DNA of 64,000 nucleotides from Octopus vulgaris. Taxonomy: Eukaryota. Position numbers and translations under genes: made by a program. A model generated the notes under the pieces. It was not told the origin of the DNA and made no database searches. It saw nothing but the letters and a program-made list of their open reading frames with translations. Location of the stretch: assembly GCA_951406725.2 (NCBI GenBank), contig OX597819.1:102424001-102488000 (forward strand), given 5' to 3'. Position 1 is the first letter of the stretch. Each line of letters begins with the position of its first letter. Shown piece by piece: positions 40,720-53,951 of the stretch.

Positions 40720-41285
40720 TTGGGTTGTCCGGAAAGTTCGTGCCGATTTATAGAAGCTTAAATTTCGACTTATTTTAGAACATGGTTGAGTCCATAAAAT
40801 AGGATTTGACTACACCTCCATTTAGAGCACAGTTTAAGCTAGCTTTTCGTGGAAGAAGGTTTATGTTCCGCTAACCTGTGTTAATTCTGTAACCCTTTAA
40901 AATGGAAAATAAGAAAGTTCATTATCGGCACTTGATGCTTTGGGAACCAAACAAAAATTGCTGCAGCTCGGCTGGGATGCGTTACTTCACCCTCCATATT
41001 CACCAGATATTGCACTTTCGGACGTCCACTTATTCAGGTCTCTACAGAATAGTCTTAATGGTAAAAATTTCAGTTCCTTGGATGACGTAAAAAGATACCT
41101 TGATGAATTCTCTGCCATGAAACCACCTCAATTCTGGGAAGAGGGTATTTTCAAGTTAAAGGAAAGATGGAGACACATTGTGCAACAGACTGGTTCATAT
41201 TTGGTTGATTAAAAATGTAATGGCAAGTATTTATTGACCTTTTTCTTTCCTTTAAAAATCGGCACGAACTTTCCGGACAACTCAA
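40720..41285 (+). mobile_element. Internally deleted mariner (566 bp) with both TIRs
   Basis: TIRs TTGGGTTGTCCGGAAAGTTCGTGCCGATTT / AAATCGGCACGAACTTTCCGGACAACTCAA, TA on the right; MENKKVHYRHLMLWE joined out of frame to KLLQLGWDALLHPPYSPDIALSDVHLFRSLQNSL...RWRHIVQQTGSYLVD*. Confidence 0.92.
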
Positions 41286-42057
41286 TATTATGCCTTACTT
41301 CCAATATTGCTGACGGGCCAAAGAAGTTTTGGGGGTAATGCGATAAAAATATATGAGGCGGCATTAAACGAAGTTAGTTAACTTTATAAATAATTTCATC
41401 GTAAATACCTGCTTCAAAACTTTATCTTCGAGAAAGTGTATTGAGAGAAAGTTATGTTTGGCCAATCAATACCAAAAGGGAAATTATGAGTAAACTGTAC
41501 TACAATCATGTGAATATACTGACCTTGAGTGGATGTGACAAATAAAGAGCCCGTGAGATAATTAATTAGCACAGCAATCTCTAACCATAATTATGTTATA
41601 CGAGTGCCTCTTATTAGTATACAAAGTAGTCGCAGCAAGGCTGAAGACTTTGTTTCAAATGGAGAATTGTGATTTGTCTACTTAGTGGAATCTATGAATT
41701 TCTATAATGAAACTGCAGGGAGAAATAAACTCAACACTGGAAACTAATAAAACACTCGTCAAATTTACAATTCTACCACTGAATAATTATTTCATTCTGT
41801 GGCACCTAATTAGAACGATGTGAAATGGACTGTTAATAGTAAAATGTAAAATATCTTGGCGTCAAACCCATCGTTGTTACGAGGACAAGCTCGAACCACT
41901 GGATTTTCGACTTAGGTCTGCTGCGCTATCGACAGCAGTATCATTATAAACAATTGCAAATACATAGATCGGACGCACTCAAATGAATATACACAGATCT
42001 TGAAACAAACAGATATATGAATAGACACGCATCCATAAACTCATACTCTATATATAC

Positions 42058-42287
42058 TGGCACTTCATCGCTTATGACGACGAGGGTTCAAACAGATCGG
42101 GTCAAAGGAACAGCCTGTTCAGAGAGATTCAGCGTGACACAAAATGTCACAAGGCTGGGCCTCCGATCTGACTAAGGTAACATTAAATAAAGGGTCTTAT
42201 TCAAGGACACAACATACCGCCGGGTTTCGAACTCACAACCCTACAATCGTGAACCCAGTGCACTAACCGCTAAACCACGCGCCTTCA
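42058..42287 (-). mobile_element. tRNA-derived SINE (family S4)
   Basis: Minus strand TGAAGGCGCGTGGTTTAGCGGTTAGTGCACTGGG...GAGTTCGAAACCC...GTTGTGTCCTTG. Confidence 0.7.
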
Positions 42288-42447
42288 TCATACAATATAC
42301 ATGCATACACACACAATATATATGTGTGTACAATATATAGATATATATGTGTGTGTGTGTGTATGTATGTATGCATGTATAAATATACACATGTATGCAC
42401 ATATGTGTATATATATATATCCATATATATATGTGTGTGTTTATATT

Positions 42448-42553
<106 letters not shown>

Positions 42554-43559
42554 TACATACATGCATACATACATACATATATAAATACATGAATACATAT
42601 ATTACACAACGTATACACTCACAGGCGCACACGCACACGTATTACACTTGTCCCAATCAGCGGAGTAGCCATTTTTCACATGAGTTGAAACAGTTATAAT
42701 GATTCGGGAACATTTATCAGCGTAAAGAGAGAACGAGTTTGATTTGCTTTGGCAAAAACAATCAAGATTATCAACAAAGTATCTCTGGAGATTATATCAC
42801 TGTCCAACGTTACATTAGAACATTGCTTCTCACAGAGTCAGTCCTATCATTTGAACCCTCTAGAGGAGTTTATAAGCAAATTGCTATTCATTTGTAACCG
42901 TCACTAATCAAAAATGTGTCCAGAACTTAGTACAATCTTTCAGCGAATTACATTGAATCTTAAAACAACGACATGTCAAGTAACAATATAAGTTTGGAAT
43001 GTATGTATGTATGTATGTATGTATGTATGTATGTATGTATGTATGTATGTAGACATATATTACAACCTCATAGTCTTACATGCGTGTACATATCGACATA
43101 CATAGCTACATATATATGAATGTGTTTACGGGAAACAAATATACACTTATAGAATACCAAATATAAATCTGCATGTGTCTATATAACCAATAAACGGTTG
43201 ATTAATATCCTAAATATACAAACACATATGCGCACACACAAACACACACACACGCACGCAAACGGAAGCCGAATGAGAGTGTATATATGAAGAAAAGCTA
43301 AACAGACACTGAGACAGACACACCAGCAGTGACAGAGGCAAATTAGAACACCCAATTAGTCGTCATAACTTTAAATAATTATCAAAATGATATCTACATA
43401 TGATAATGATATGTATTGTGTGATATCTCTTGCTTCATTTAGAAGAGGAAGCAGCTCTGTGCTCTCTGTCTGGTCATCCCCCCCTCTCTCTCTCTCTGTA
43501 TGTATGTATTTTACATTTTTTTTCTTAAGGCTTAAGGCTATATCATGCGCGGGAACATA

Positions 43560-43915
43560 GAAATAATCGGACTGAATACCCGATCACGCGGTTAAACCGT
43601 TGGGAGTGAAGGACTCCTAGCCCTTGTTAGGGCACCCTTCTAGGAGAAGGTAACTCAGGTAACTGGGATAACTCCGACATAAGACCTGCGGCTCAGTGGT
43701 TACCGATGTTGTTGACTTGCTCTTCTTTTCTGATTATAGCTGCTGTTGCATAGTGATTGGGATTGACTCAATGCACAGCCTTTCCTCACTTTAAAAAAAT
43801 CTTCTTGTACGGGCTTTGCACGATAACAACATTGTTCATGAGTGTTGATGGTGCTGTGAGTCTCAACTGAATGGCTGGCTGTAGCCTTAAAAAGCAAATA
43901 ACAGTCACATTTGAT
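43560..43915 (+). mobile_element. Possible RTE-type LINE 5' UTR fragment
   Basis: GGGCACCCTTCTAGGAGAAGGTAACTC (43630-43656) resembles a motif I recall from RTE-clade 5' UTRs; no ORF follows; boundaries uncertain. Confidence 0.3.
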
Positions 43916-44001
43916 CACAGCACCAATAACAGTTAAGCTTCGTGCAATGGCCATACTCGATAACGAGGGGGGAGCCATCATGTACACATATACACACACA
44001 C

Positions 44002-44302
44002 ACAAGAGTTACAGAAAGGGGAAGATAAGACCTGAGCTTCATATGTTTCATAGCGAGCGGAACATCAGAAGTGGTAAATATGCATGCGTGGTGTACACCG
44101 CAGGCTACTCGTCAGACCAAGGGTATCTTGACTAAATGAAAGTTCACCTTGGTGACACATGGAAGAATCGATTCAACCAAGATACCCTTGGCCTGACGAG
44201 TATCCTGAGATATACAACTCGCTTGGATATTTACCACTTCCGATATTCCGCTTGCTACGAAGCATGTGTAGCTCGGATCTTGCGTCATTCCTTAACTCTT
44301 GT
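44002..44302. mobile_element. Foldback/MITE-like element with ~125-bp arms
   Basis: 44002-44130 is the reverse complement of 44178-44302 at roughly 75-80% identity by eye; termini ACAAGAGTTA...TAACTCTTGT. Confidence 0.8.
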
Positions 44303-44482
44303 ATCCTTATTCGAATACCCAGCAAATATAAAATGAACTTTTTTCAGTTTATCGTACTTCGATACGAAACAATCTACAACCTTCCGTTTCAATAAACCAC
44401 CATTGTCTCTAAAAGTTGTTTTATATATTTACAACGGATTCCTTGAAGCTAACTTCCTTGCTACAACTCGATCCCTGGATCT

Positions 44483-44522
<40 letters not shown>

Positions 44523-44529
44523 CATACAG

Positions 44530-44573
<44 letters not shown>

Positions 44574-44595
44574 AATTCAAAATGTATATATACAA

Positions 44596-44752
44596 TTCAA
44601 AATGTGACCGCGTGTGTACCGTTGACAATTTTTTTCCTCCGTCTTCCCTTCTTTGGATCTTTCCGTTTCCAATGTTTCTGAGGAAGAGCTCCGCTCGAAA
44701 CGTTAAAACCCTCCTTCTTTCCTGAGCATCCAATAACACTATACTTGTTCCA
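44596..44752 (+). mobile_element. Family P1 copy with hammerhead motif
   Basis: Reverse complement homologue of ~2548-2714; TA-rich flanks. Confidence 0.75.
44674..44709 (+). ncRNA. Minimal type I hammerhead ribozyme motif
   Basis: GTTT-CTGAGGA-A-GAGC-TCC-GCTC-GAAA-CG-TT-AAAAC; weak AU-rich stem I, palindromic ACGT stem III. Confidence 0.6.
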
Positions 44753-46092
44753 TATATACATGTATGTATGTAAAGAAATTCACACACATACACAGACGAG
44801 CGCGCACGCACATCCATACAAAGACATATACATACAAACATACATTCAAAAAGAGAGGGACAGAGATTCAATACGGGAAGGAAACTAGGATCATGTGATA
44901 TATGAAAGAGGTTGTTAGTTCAGTCTTAAGTCACTCAGTTACAAAATGCATATGATAAAAGATATGACCTCACCCTGTTTGACATATGCTTGCGAAGGCT
45001 TGCAGGGCTACATCATCTAATTTTCCCTATGGGAACATTTCAGAAATCTTGATGGCGAAACAGTTTGCCTGTGAAAACACTACACGAAACCAAATATGAT
45101 TCATTTTGAATATTATTTATAATCGAAAGTTAGGCTAATTTATGTAATCAAGGTATATCTTTATAGATCTTTTAAACAGACTATCAAAGACGCATATCAG
45201 CGAAATGGAGGAGACATCAAAGTATTGGTTTATATACCTCTGGTTATTGGGTCTAAATCGCAGAGGACTGAGTTCAATTTCCGTCGAGGTCATCAACGTT
45301 GTATTTCCTCCCATCACGATGGTAAAAAAGTATTAATCCAGTGCGGTAGATTAACATACCAGATACTTTACAGGGTTTTTACCGGCTGCTAGCGTTAAGG
45401 GATCACATCCAACTATGTCCTTTTGGGTGAATAAACTTAATCTATCACCCGACTGAACACAACAACCCGTTTTCTTGGCTGCGTATAACAGAACTCATTC
45501 TGTTGCAATTAATCGGAGAAGGACCTCGGTTGTCGGACAAATTCATTTCATTAGTCTTGGAAGTTCTGTAAAGGGTCAGGAGCACTGCTTTTCCTCCTGA
45601 CTAAAAGACAAAAGAAGAGAAAATATTCATGATTGAATATTCCGTAAAAGTCTTGTCGAACTTTTTATTTTGATTTCAGTCATTTTGTCCATCTTGTCTG
45701 AAGCGTGAAGCGAGCAACATATGTAACTCTTATTTGTATCACGAACATTCTATTAGTTTGATTACGTCATTAGCAATTAGTAGCAGGTGCACTGTGATTG
45801 GTTATTTCGTTTTATGTCGTATGTTATATATGGAGACTGGTTTATTTATTTCGTATCAGAGGAGAAAAGCTTGTAGGGAAAATATTTTCTCTGTTTGTAC
45901 TATGCAATTTATAGCATATATCCTATTGCAGACATATAAAATAATTTATTATACAGTAAAATGAATTATTTGTGCATGATACCAGCGGCGAAACGGACGT
46001 CAGCATGTGAATATCAACTGGCGAAATGAATATATTCATCTTTCAACTGACTTACTTTATATTCCCTGTCTCTCTCTCGCGCCCTCTCTCTC

Positions 46093-46153
<61 letters not shown>

Positions 46154-46942
46154 TTTGCACTTTACATCAAACATTCTCGCAGTCGTACAAATATCACAAT
46201 ACCCAATTCAGCAAAATATAGAATCCGTTTGCAGAAATCTAAAGGTGGTCGCTTTTCAATCGAACGATAACAAATAACAGTGAAATATGTCTCAAATAAC
46301 ACCACACTGTTTTTAAGAAAGAGAGGGAAGCATTATATATAGAATCCTAGATATGCCAGAAGCAGAGAATTGTCAGAGTCTTTCGGGCGTCAGGTGAATA
46401 CGTTGCATATTCACTCTGAAATTCTGCACTCTGTGAGATCAGCTATGCTCGTCACACATTCAGAGTTGATAAAAAAAAGACAAAGAAAAGAGCGACTAAG
46501 TCGGGATGACTTACTAGCCGAGTTGCAAAATCGTCTGATGGGAATGCTCAGAGTATCTATCCCGGCTCTTTGCGTCCAGACATCAAATATCTATGGCAAG
46601 ATGTGAACAGAATATCATGTATAGACGACTGGCAATCTACTGCAAAACAAAAAAAAAATCAAAAGCACACTGTTGAGACCTGAAATTTGGAAGAGAAATC
46701 TCTCCGATGAAGATTCTTTAACATATAGAAAAGAGACGACAGAAAAAAAAAAGGACCCGAAAAAAAAAAAGATAGGTGCATATGGCTATATGGTTACGAA
46801 GCTCATTTTTTTTAGCCAATTGCATCTTTCGAGTTCAGTACCGCTGAGCAGCATTTACGCCCCTGACCGACTAATGCCTTTTGACTAAATTTTGTTGGCA
46901 AAACCTGTGTGCGAACATGTCATATGTGTGTGTGTATGTATG

Positions 46943-47039
<97 letters not shown>

Positions 47040-47050
47040 ATATATATACA

Positions 47051-47178
47051 CAGTGACAAACATCTGAAGGTGGAGACAGAAATATGACATCATATACCAA
47101 AATGCATAAAATTAAGCATTCAGGTGATAAATAAGCCAGTTGCTGGATAAAAAACTGGGAACAAATATGTGTGCATAT
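47051..47178. repeat. Dispersed ~128-bp direct repeat, copy 1
   Basis: Matches 48556-48684 at about 80% by eye (ACATCATATACCAAAAT.CATAAAATTAA.CATTCA...TTGCTGGATAAAAA). Confidence 0.85.
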
Positions 47179-47249
47179 GCATGTGTACGTGTATATGTGT
47201 ATGTGCATGTGTGTGCGTATGTATGTGTGCGTGTGTGTGTATATCAATG

Positions 47250-47485
47250 TCTTTCTGTTTTTACCTAAGATCGCATGAAAATCGGTGTTGGTTTGTTTAA
47301 GTATTCGTAGCTAGCAATTGGACAAAACAACAAAAAACAACAAAAAAAACCACCATGGAATAAGTATATGCACAAAAGCTAAATCCTGGAGTCGATTTGT
47401 GCGACTAAAGCCTTCAACTCCAAATCGGTACCCAAAGCATGCCTCGCAGTCCAATCTGACTGAAGTATGTAAAAGACAAAAAGAA
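47250..47485 (+). mobile_element. Degenerate 3' half of SINE family S1
   Basis: TCGCATGAAAATCGGTGTTGGTTTGTTTA...TCCTGGAGTCGATTTGTGCGACTAAA...TGACTGAAGTATGTAAAAGA parallels 4565-4746. Confidence 0.6.
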
Positions 47486-48293
47486 AAGATAGTAAGTGGA
47501 ATGCGCTTTCTTTAAGTTACTGAGAACTCGGGCTGAACGTAGAACAAACAAAATTTAGAACCACAACAATGAAGCTAAGAAAACCCACATCATGAATACA
47601 CAGTGGCAAATATGTAACAAACGTTAAATCTAGAGGAGATGTTTTTCAAATCTTGTTGACGTATTTCAGTATTTTGAATCCAGATCTTGTAGAGTGGAGG
47701 ATATTAGGAATATTAGTGATGTGTTTATGCTTGTTACTTAATTGTATACATTAAAAGCAAGGACGCGTGTACTTATGAAGTACTTAGTCGTACACAACAT
47801 TTATAATATAGACATCATATCTATGTATGCATGTATGCGTATACATATAGGTATGTGTATTATGTCTCTACATGTGTGCATATATTTCTGTGCACAGTTG
47901 TGCTAAAATGAATTACTTCATCAATTCAATAGAACACAGAGAATTAAATAGAGACCACCATACTTATTTAAGTATATCCATCTATCCGACACATACACAG
48001 GGAACGAAAAGAACAAAGTATGCACATAAAAATATACCAAAAATGCACAAACACACACACACACACACACACATAAGCATGCGTTCATCTATGCATTCGT
48101 ATATAGATACGTATATATATTTGAGCATGTGTGTGTATGCATGTGTAGATGTATGCGTATATGCAAAGTACAAATAAACCTTCAAGGATACATTTTTGCA
48201 CATTTTATCTAAGAATTTCCTTTACGACATGCATAGACATGAATATAGTTTATATACATACGTATGTTCACACACGCGCACATACACACATGT

Positions 48294-48341
<48 letters not shown>

Positions 48342-48475
48342 GTATATATATATATATATATATACATATGTATATGTGTGCATATATATATATATATGTG
48401 TATGTATATATATACATACGCGTATAGAATACATATACTTGCACACATTTACACACACATATATCTAATAAATAC

Positions 48476-48547
<72 letters not shown>

Positions 48548-48555
48548 TGTGTATG

Positions 48556-48684
48556 CAGCGACAAACATGTAAAGATGGAGACACAAAAATATAACATCAT
48601 ATACCAAAATACATAAAATTAAACATTCAAATGGCAAAAAAGCCATTTGCTGGATAAAAACTAGGAACAAATATTTGTTCATAT
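48556..48684. repeat. Dispersed ~128-bp direct repeat, copy 2
   Basis: Matches 47051-47178. Confidence 0.85.
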
Positions 48685-48775
48685 ATAGCTCAAGAATTGC
48701 ACAACAAACACATATATAGACACAAACACAGATGCACATTCACAAACGGACGGACATATCAATGTACATTTGCTT

Positions 48776-48856
<81 letters not shown>

Positions 48857-49189
48857 TAGATAGATAGATAGATAGTTAGATAGAATGATAGACATATAGA
48901 TATAGCTATGTTTATATACACACACAAACGCACACATGTAAATATATATATATAATATATATACATATATGAGCATAAATATACATATATATGTACGTCT
49001 GTATGCATATACATATATATATATATATATATATTCTAACATTTGGTCAAAAAGATATGTATTCGATTTGGCTCTGCCATATGTATATACATACGTTTTT
49101 GTGTGTATATATGTATGAATTTGAATATAAACATTTATAAAAGGTATGATGTACATTTACATGCATTCATATTTGTGCCTGTGTGTGAC

Positions 49190-49233
<44 letters not shown>

Positions 49234-49846
49234 CACATACATATATATGTATATATATATGTATGCTTGTATATATATTTATATATACATACACATACAC
49301 GGACATATATAAGCACATATGTATATGTCCATGAATATATCTGGGTGCATACATTAATACATACATGCATACATACACGCATCATGCATAACAACTGGTG
49401 TGTAATAGAGATGTGCTTGCAACAATGTAGGTTCTATTGTATAGCTTGCCAGAAAATCAGCCCCGTCCATTCCAGAGCCCTTCGTTCACAAATCAATGAC
49501 CGAATAAAGGAGCCTAAGGCAGTGGAAGCTTCTGCAGAGAAGCGAAGTAAATGACCACGATGAAAGGACAACAGAGTGAGATGTTGCCATGTAGGGTCAC
49601 TGAACGTATTGTTGACCGTTGCTATTGTTCACAGGCTGGCATGCAACTTGGACAAACAAAATGCGATAACTGTAAATGTGTATAGGTCTTTACGTATGAA
49701 TACAGGCGCACGCCAGGATGTACACACGCAGGCACACATATATTTATACAGCATTATTTGTTATACATAATCATATATGTGTGCAACTATACATGCACAG
49801 AAATATACATATACATACATACATATATATATATATATAAATATAA

Positions 49847-49892
<46 letters not shown>

Positions 49893-50065
49893 AGAAAAAG
49901 AAGAAGAGACTAAGAATGAGAGATTGTGAGAGCGATAGATAAAAACGTGCAATCACACGCATATATGCGTATATATACTCGCACGTATGTACTATAAACA
50001 TGCGCGTATTATAGAAATATAAAAGAAAAGCATATTTACATGTCTATATGTATGTATATATGTAC

Positions 50066-50118
<53 letters not shown>

Positions 50119-50161
50119 TGTATATATGTATATACATACATACATGAATATATATGCTATA

Positions 50162-50194
<33 letters not shown>

Positions 50195-52554
50195 GTCTGT
50201 ATTGTGTAATACATGCATTTTCAATATATGCATATATTAGATAATAAGCTAATGCATATACTGCTTTATATATGCATGCATACATAATACATAAATGCAT
50301 ATACATATATATATGTTTTGCGTGTAGTAGTGTACTACCACACTACAACAAAATGGCTGTATGAAATTTTTCTGTATTTCTGCTTCTCCCGTTTCTTCTC
50401 TATACAATTTTTACACTTTACCTCCCTTATATAAGCAGTAACTTCTTTTACTTCTCCAACGTTTTATTCTCATCACTACCAGAGATGTCTTAATTTTGTA
50501 CTTGACTGAAACACAATCTTGTGCTTTTGATCAAGTGTGTACAGCAGCACACGAAATTAATGACTGCATTTATGTACTACGTGCTGGTGTAACCCCATTG
50601 CTAGATCATCTAGATACGATATATTTAGCAACAAGGGAATGACCTATGAAGTTTACTTGGTTATATTTTAAACCTTTAGCTACTAGTTTATTTCGGAATA
50701 CGGAAATTGCCTATGAGTAATTTAGGAGTGCCAAGTATGACATCATTTCACTTGTGTTAATTTGAATTGCATATGGATATGCAGGATACGAAATCTTTTC
50801 TTAAGATAGAGGGAAATTAACAATAATCTTAAGGTGATATGTTACTTCTCATAATAATCCCTGAACAAAATGTTGAATACATGATAACGTAAGTGTCAAG
50901 GTTAATTATTTCCTCATCATCTTATTTATAAATGGCAGTGAAAATGTATCGTTTACACAGTTGCGGTAAAGATGAATGTAATTTATGTTCCGTATATTAG
51001 CAAGGTGGTTAATTTGTATGTAATTTGTTTGGGATACATCAGTATATCTTTTTTAAAATACCATTCACTTTGAATATGAATATTGGATCTTTTGATAGGC
51101 ATATTTACTCATGAATCAATCAACTATTTGTTTTTATTTACTGTTGCATGATTACTAAAAGGTCATTTCTCTATTCATATTTAAAGCAATGGATAAATTC
51201 ATTGATGTTTCATTTGTTTGTGTTTTCCCACACTATTATAACCGATTGGTGATCATTTAAAAATTCTTACTCAAAACTACCCTAGAAAAAAAATAGCTCA
51301 ATACATCCACAACTCATTATGCCTTTACACCTTCCGTGTCTCATTCTAAAGATACCGTAATGAATATACAAGAAATATGTTACATCACATACCAAAAACA
51401 AAAATAGGATTAAACATGGTCTTATTCAACAATGTTTATATTTTCTATTTCACCATTACATTGTAATAGGCGTGATTGAACATTAACTGTATTATACTTA
51501 TTCCAATTATTGATATCCTCCAGCTATGGAGACTGTAAAGAAAGTAGATCGCTCATTTTCCGTCTCATCCACTTGATTTTTGTTTTAAATCATTTTCTCT
51601 TTGACTCTCATTCTTTTACTCTCTTTGACTATCATTTTCACATAACGTTATATCTAACTAAAATTCTAGAACATATTCAAATTGGATCAAGGAAATAAAT
51701 TCCTAAAATATTCAAAGGAAAACTTCAATAAGTGACAAGGTGAATGGTAAATATTTTTTACTTCATTGTTTTAAAATATTAAATAAATCGTGACTTTTTT
51801 TCTATATTGATATTATGCCATTATGGATGTTATCTTATCCTTGTACACAAGCCATGTTGTATCAGTTAATACGTAACTTAAAATGATTTTTGTTCAATTA
51901 CCTTTAGTGTTTATAGTAATGAGGCGAAATAGTTTTAATGCGATTTTTTTCCCTATATTTATTTGATTGATTTATTTTCCTAGAATTTATTTCCATTCTT
52001 CTTAAAATCCTTCCAAATCTATATTACAAAAAAAAAAAAAACTCTTTAAATTTCTGTCAAAATATCCAAAAATAAACAAGTTTCCTGCACGCATTTACTA
52101 AGATGGTAACAACATGCAGACAATATCGAGATAGTTTCTGAATTCATATAGAAAGAAAGGGCAACAACAATGCTGTGTCTGTGTAGGGGATTTTTGTTCT
52201 GTCCTGTAGACTATCGCTCTAAGCTTCGGGCTCCGCACACTGTTAAATTAAACACACTAAGGGATCTTTAATGTGATCAGTAACGCGGAAATCGGTTGAA
52301 ACCCAGTTTAAAATATTGCTATTGTGACTGCATCATTTTACTGATTCAAATTTCCTCGGACAATATTTTATCTAACATTATGTAATTAAGCTAGAAGAGG
52401 CTTCCAATTACAAGAAGTAGAACATTGGCTTACAACATTTGAATTGTATAAGCTAAAACAAACACTTTTTATTAAATCCCAATTTTCCCGATATATTTTA
52501 TATAAAACTATTCACACATAGAAAGTATTTGATCTTTTGATGTAGATTGCTACT

Positions 52555-52885
52555 ATATCTTATATGTGAATTACAATGTGACGCTATATAAATACAGACA
52601 ATAAATTTCGCACTAAAAACGAGTCAATGTATATGTGACGCAATGATTTGGACACTATAAATATCCCATTTTAAATGCAGTACTAAAAATATGATACTAT
52701 GCTGCATGAGATATGCGGTATTGTATATGAAGCTTTACAAGTGAGAAACTATAAGTAGGGTAGGTTACGTAAAAATGTGATACTGAAAATGTTGCACTAA
52801 CATGTAGAACAATAAATGTGGCATGATGGAGGTGGCACAAAATGTGATACACTGGAGATGACACAAAAATGTGACGCTATAAATT
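52555..52885. repeat. Highly degenerate ~14-bp minisatellite (consensus near TATAAATGTGACAC)
   Basis: Units such as TAAAAATATGATAC, TAAAAATGTGATAC, TGAAAATGTTGCAC; AATGTGACGCTATA occurs exactly at 52575 and 52868. Confidence 0.65.
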
Positions 52886-53209
52886 CGAGGAAGATTTTAA
52901 GAATAATGGAGCACAAAAATTAGTATTTGGGTAATCTATCTATCCGAAAATTGTTGACCTTTTGCCAAAACTTGAAAGTAGTTTGTGTTCTTGGCATTAT
53001 ACAATGCGATTGAGTATTCATAAATTCATACAATGAAAGAAAACTGGACATCAGATAACTGGAACACAATGGTTACATATACAGTTCAACTCTGTGTCTT
53101 TCTCTCTCTCTCTGTCGTTCACCTCACTTATCGTATATCGTCTATTCATATATATGCACATATCAATCTGTTTATCTCTCTATAATGCTTATATATGTTG
53201 TCTACATAT

Positions 53210-53250
<41 letters not shown>

Positions 53251-53273
53251 TAGATATATATGTATATACATGT

Positions 53274-53305
<32 letters not shown>

Positions 53306-53313
53306 GTATATAT

Positions 53314-53395
<82 letters not shown>

Positions 53396-53706
53396 ACGTA
53401 TCTATGTGTGTGTGTGAATACGTCACCGATGAAGTGACTTGGATGTATTTGTTGCGTAATAGGAACATACTTCTCTGTGTGTGTGAATGTGTGTCTGTGT
53501 GTATATGTGTGTATCTTTGTGTGTGTGTGTGTGTGTGTAATGGAGAGAGAAAAATAAGATATAGGTGAGTGTAGTAAGTCTCAGTTGAAGTCATCAAGTT
53601 CAAGATAAAATGATGACGTCACTAAATAGATGCTAGTAAGAGATAAAAGGATTATATATATGTATATATGTATATATATATATATGTTTATGTATATATA
53701 TATGTT

Positions 53707-53769
<63 letters not shown>

Positions 53770-53913
53770 ACATATCTTAAGAAAGATGGAAAGATAGATA
53801 ATATAGTATTTGAGAAAGAGAAAGACAAATAATTTTGTAGGTCGGGAGAGTCTAAACATACATGACTGTCTAAAGGTATTCCCTTAAGTACACGCACACG
53901 CAAGCACACACAC

Positions 53914-53951
<38 letters not shown>

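Noticed and set aside
40902-41212. SETMAR-like or active transposase gene
   Set aside because: Most of the ORF is deleted and the two remnants are out of frame inside TIRs.
47083-47134. HKIKHSGDK resembling a C2H2 zinc-finger end and linker
   Set aside because: No upstream CxxC, immediate stop, and not preserved in the second copy.
52555-52885. CRISPR-like array
   Set aside because: Units are adjacent and degenerate with no repeat-spacer alternation or cas genes; eukaryotic context.
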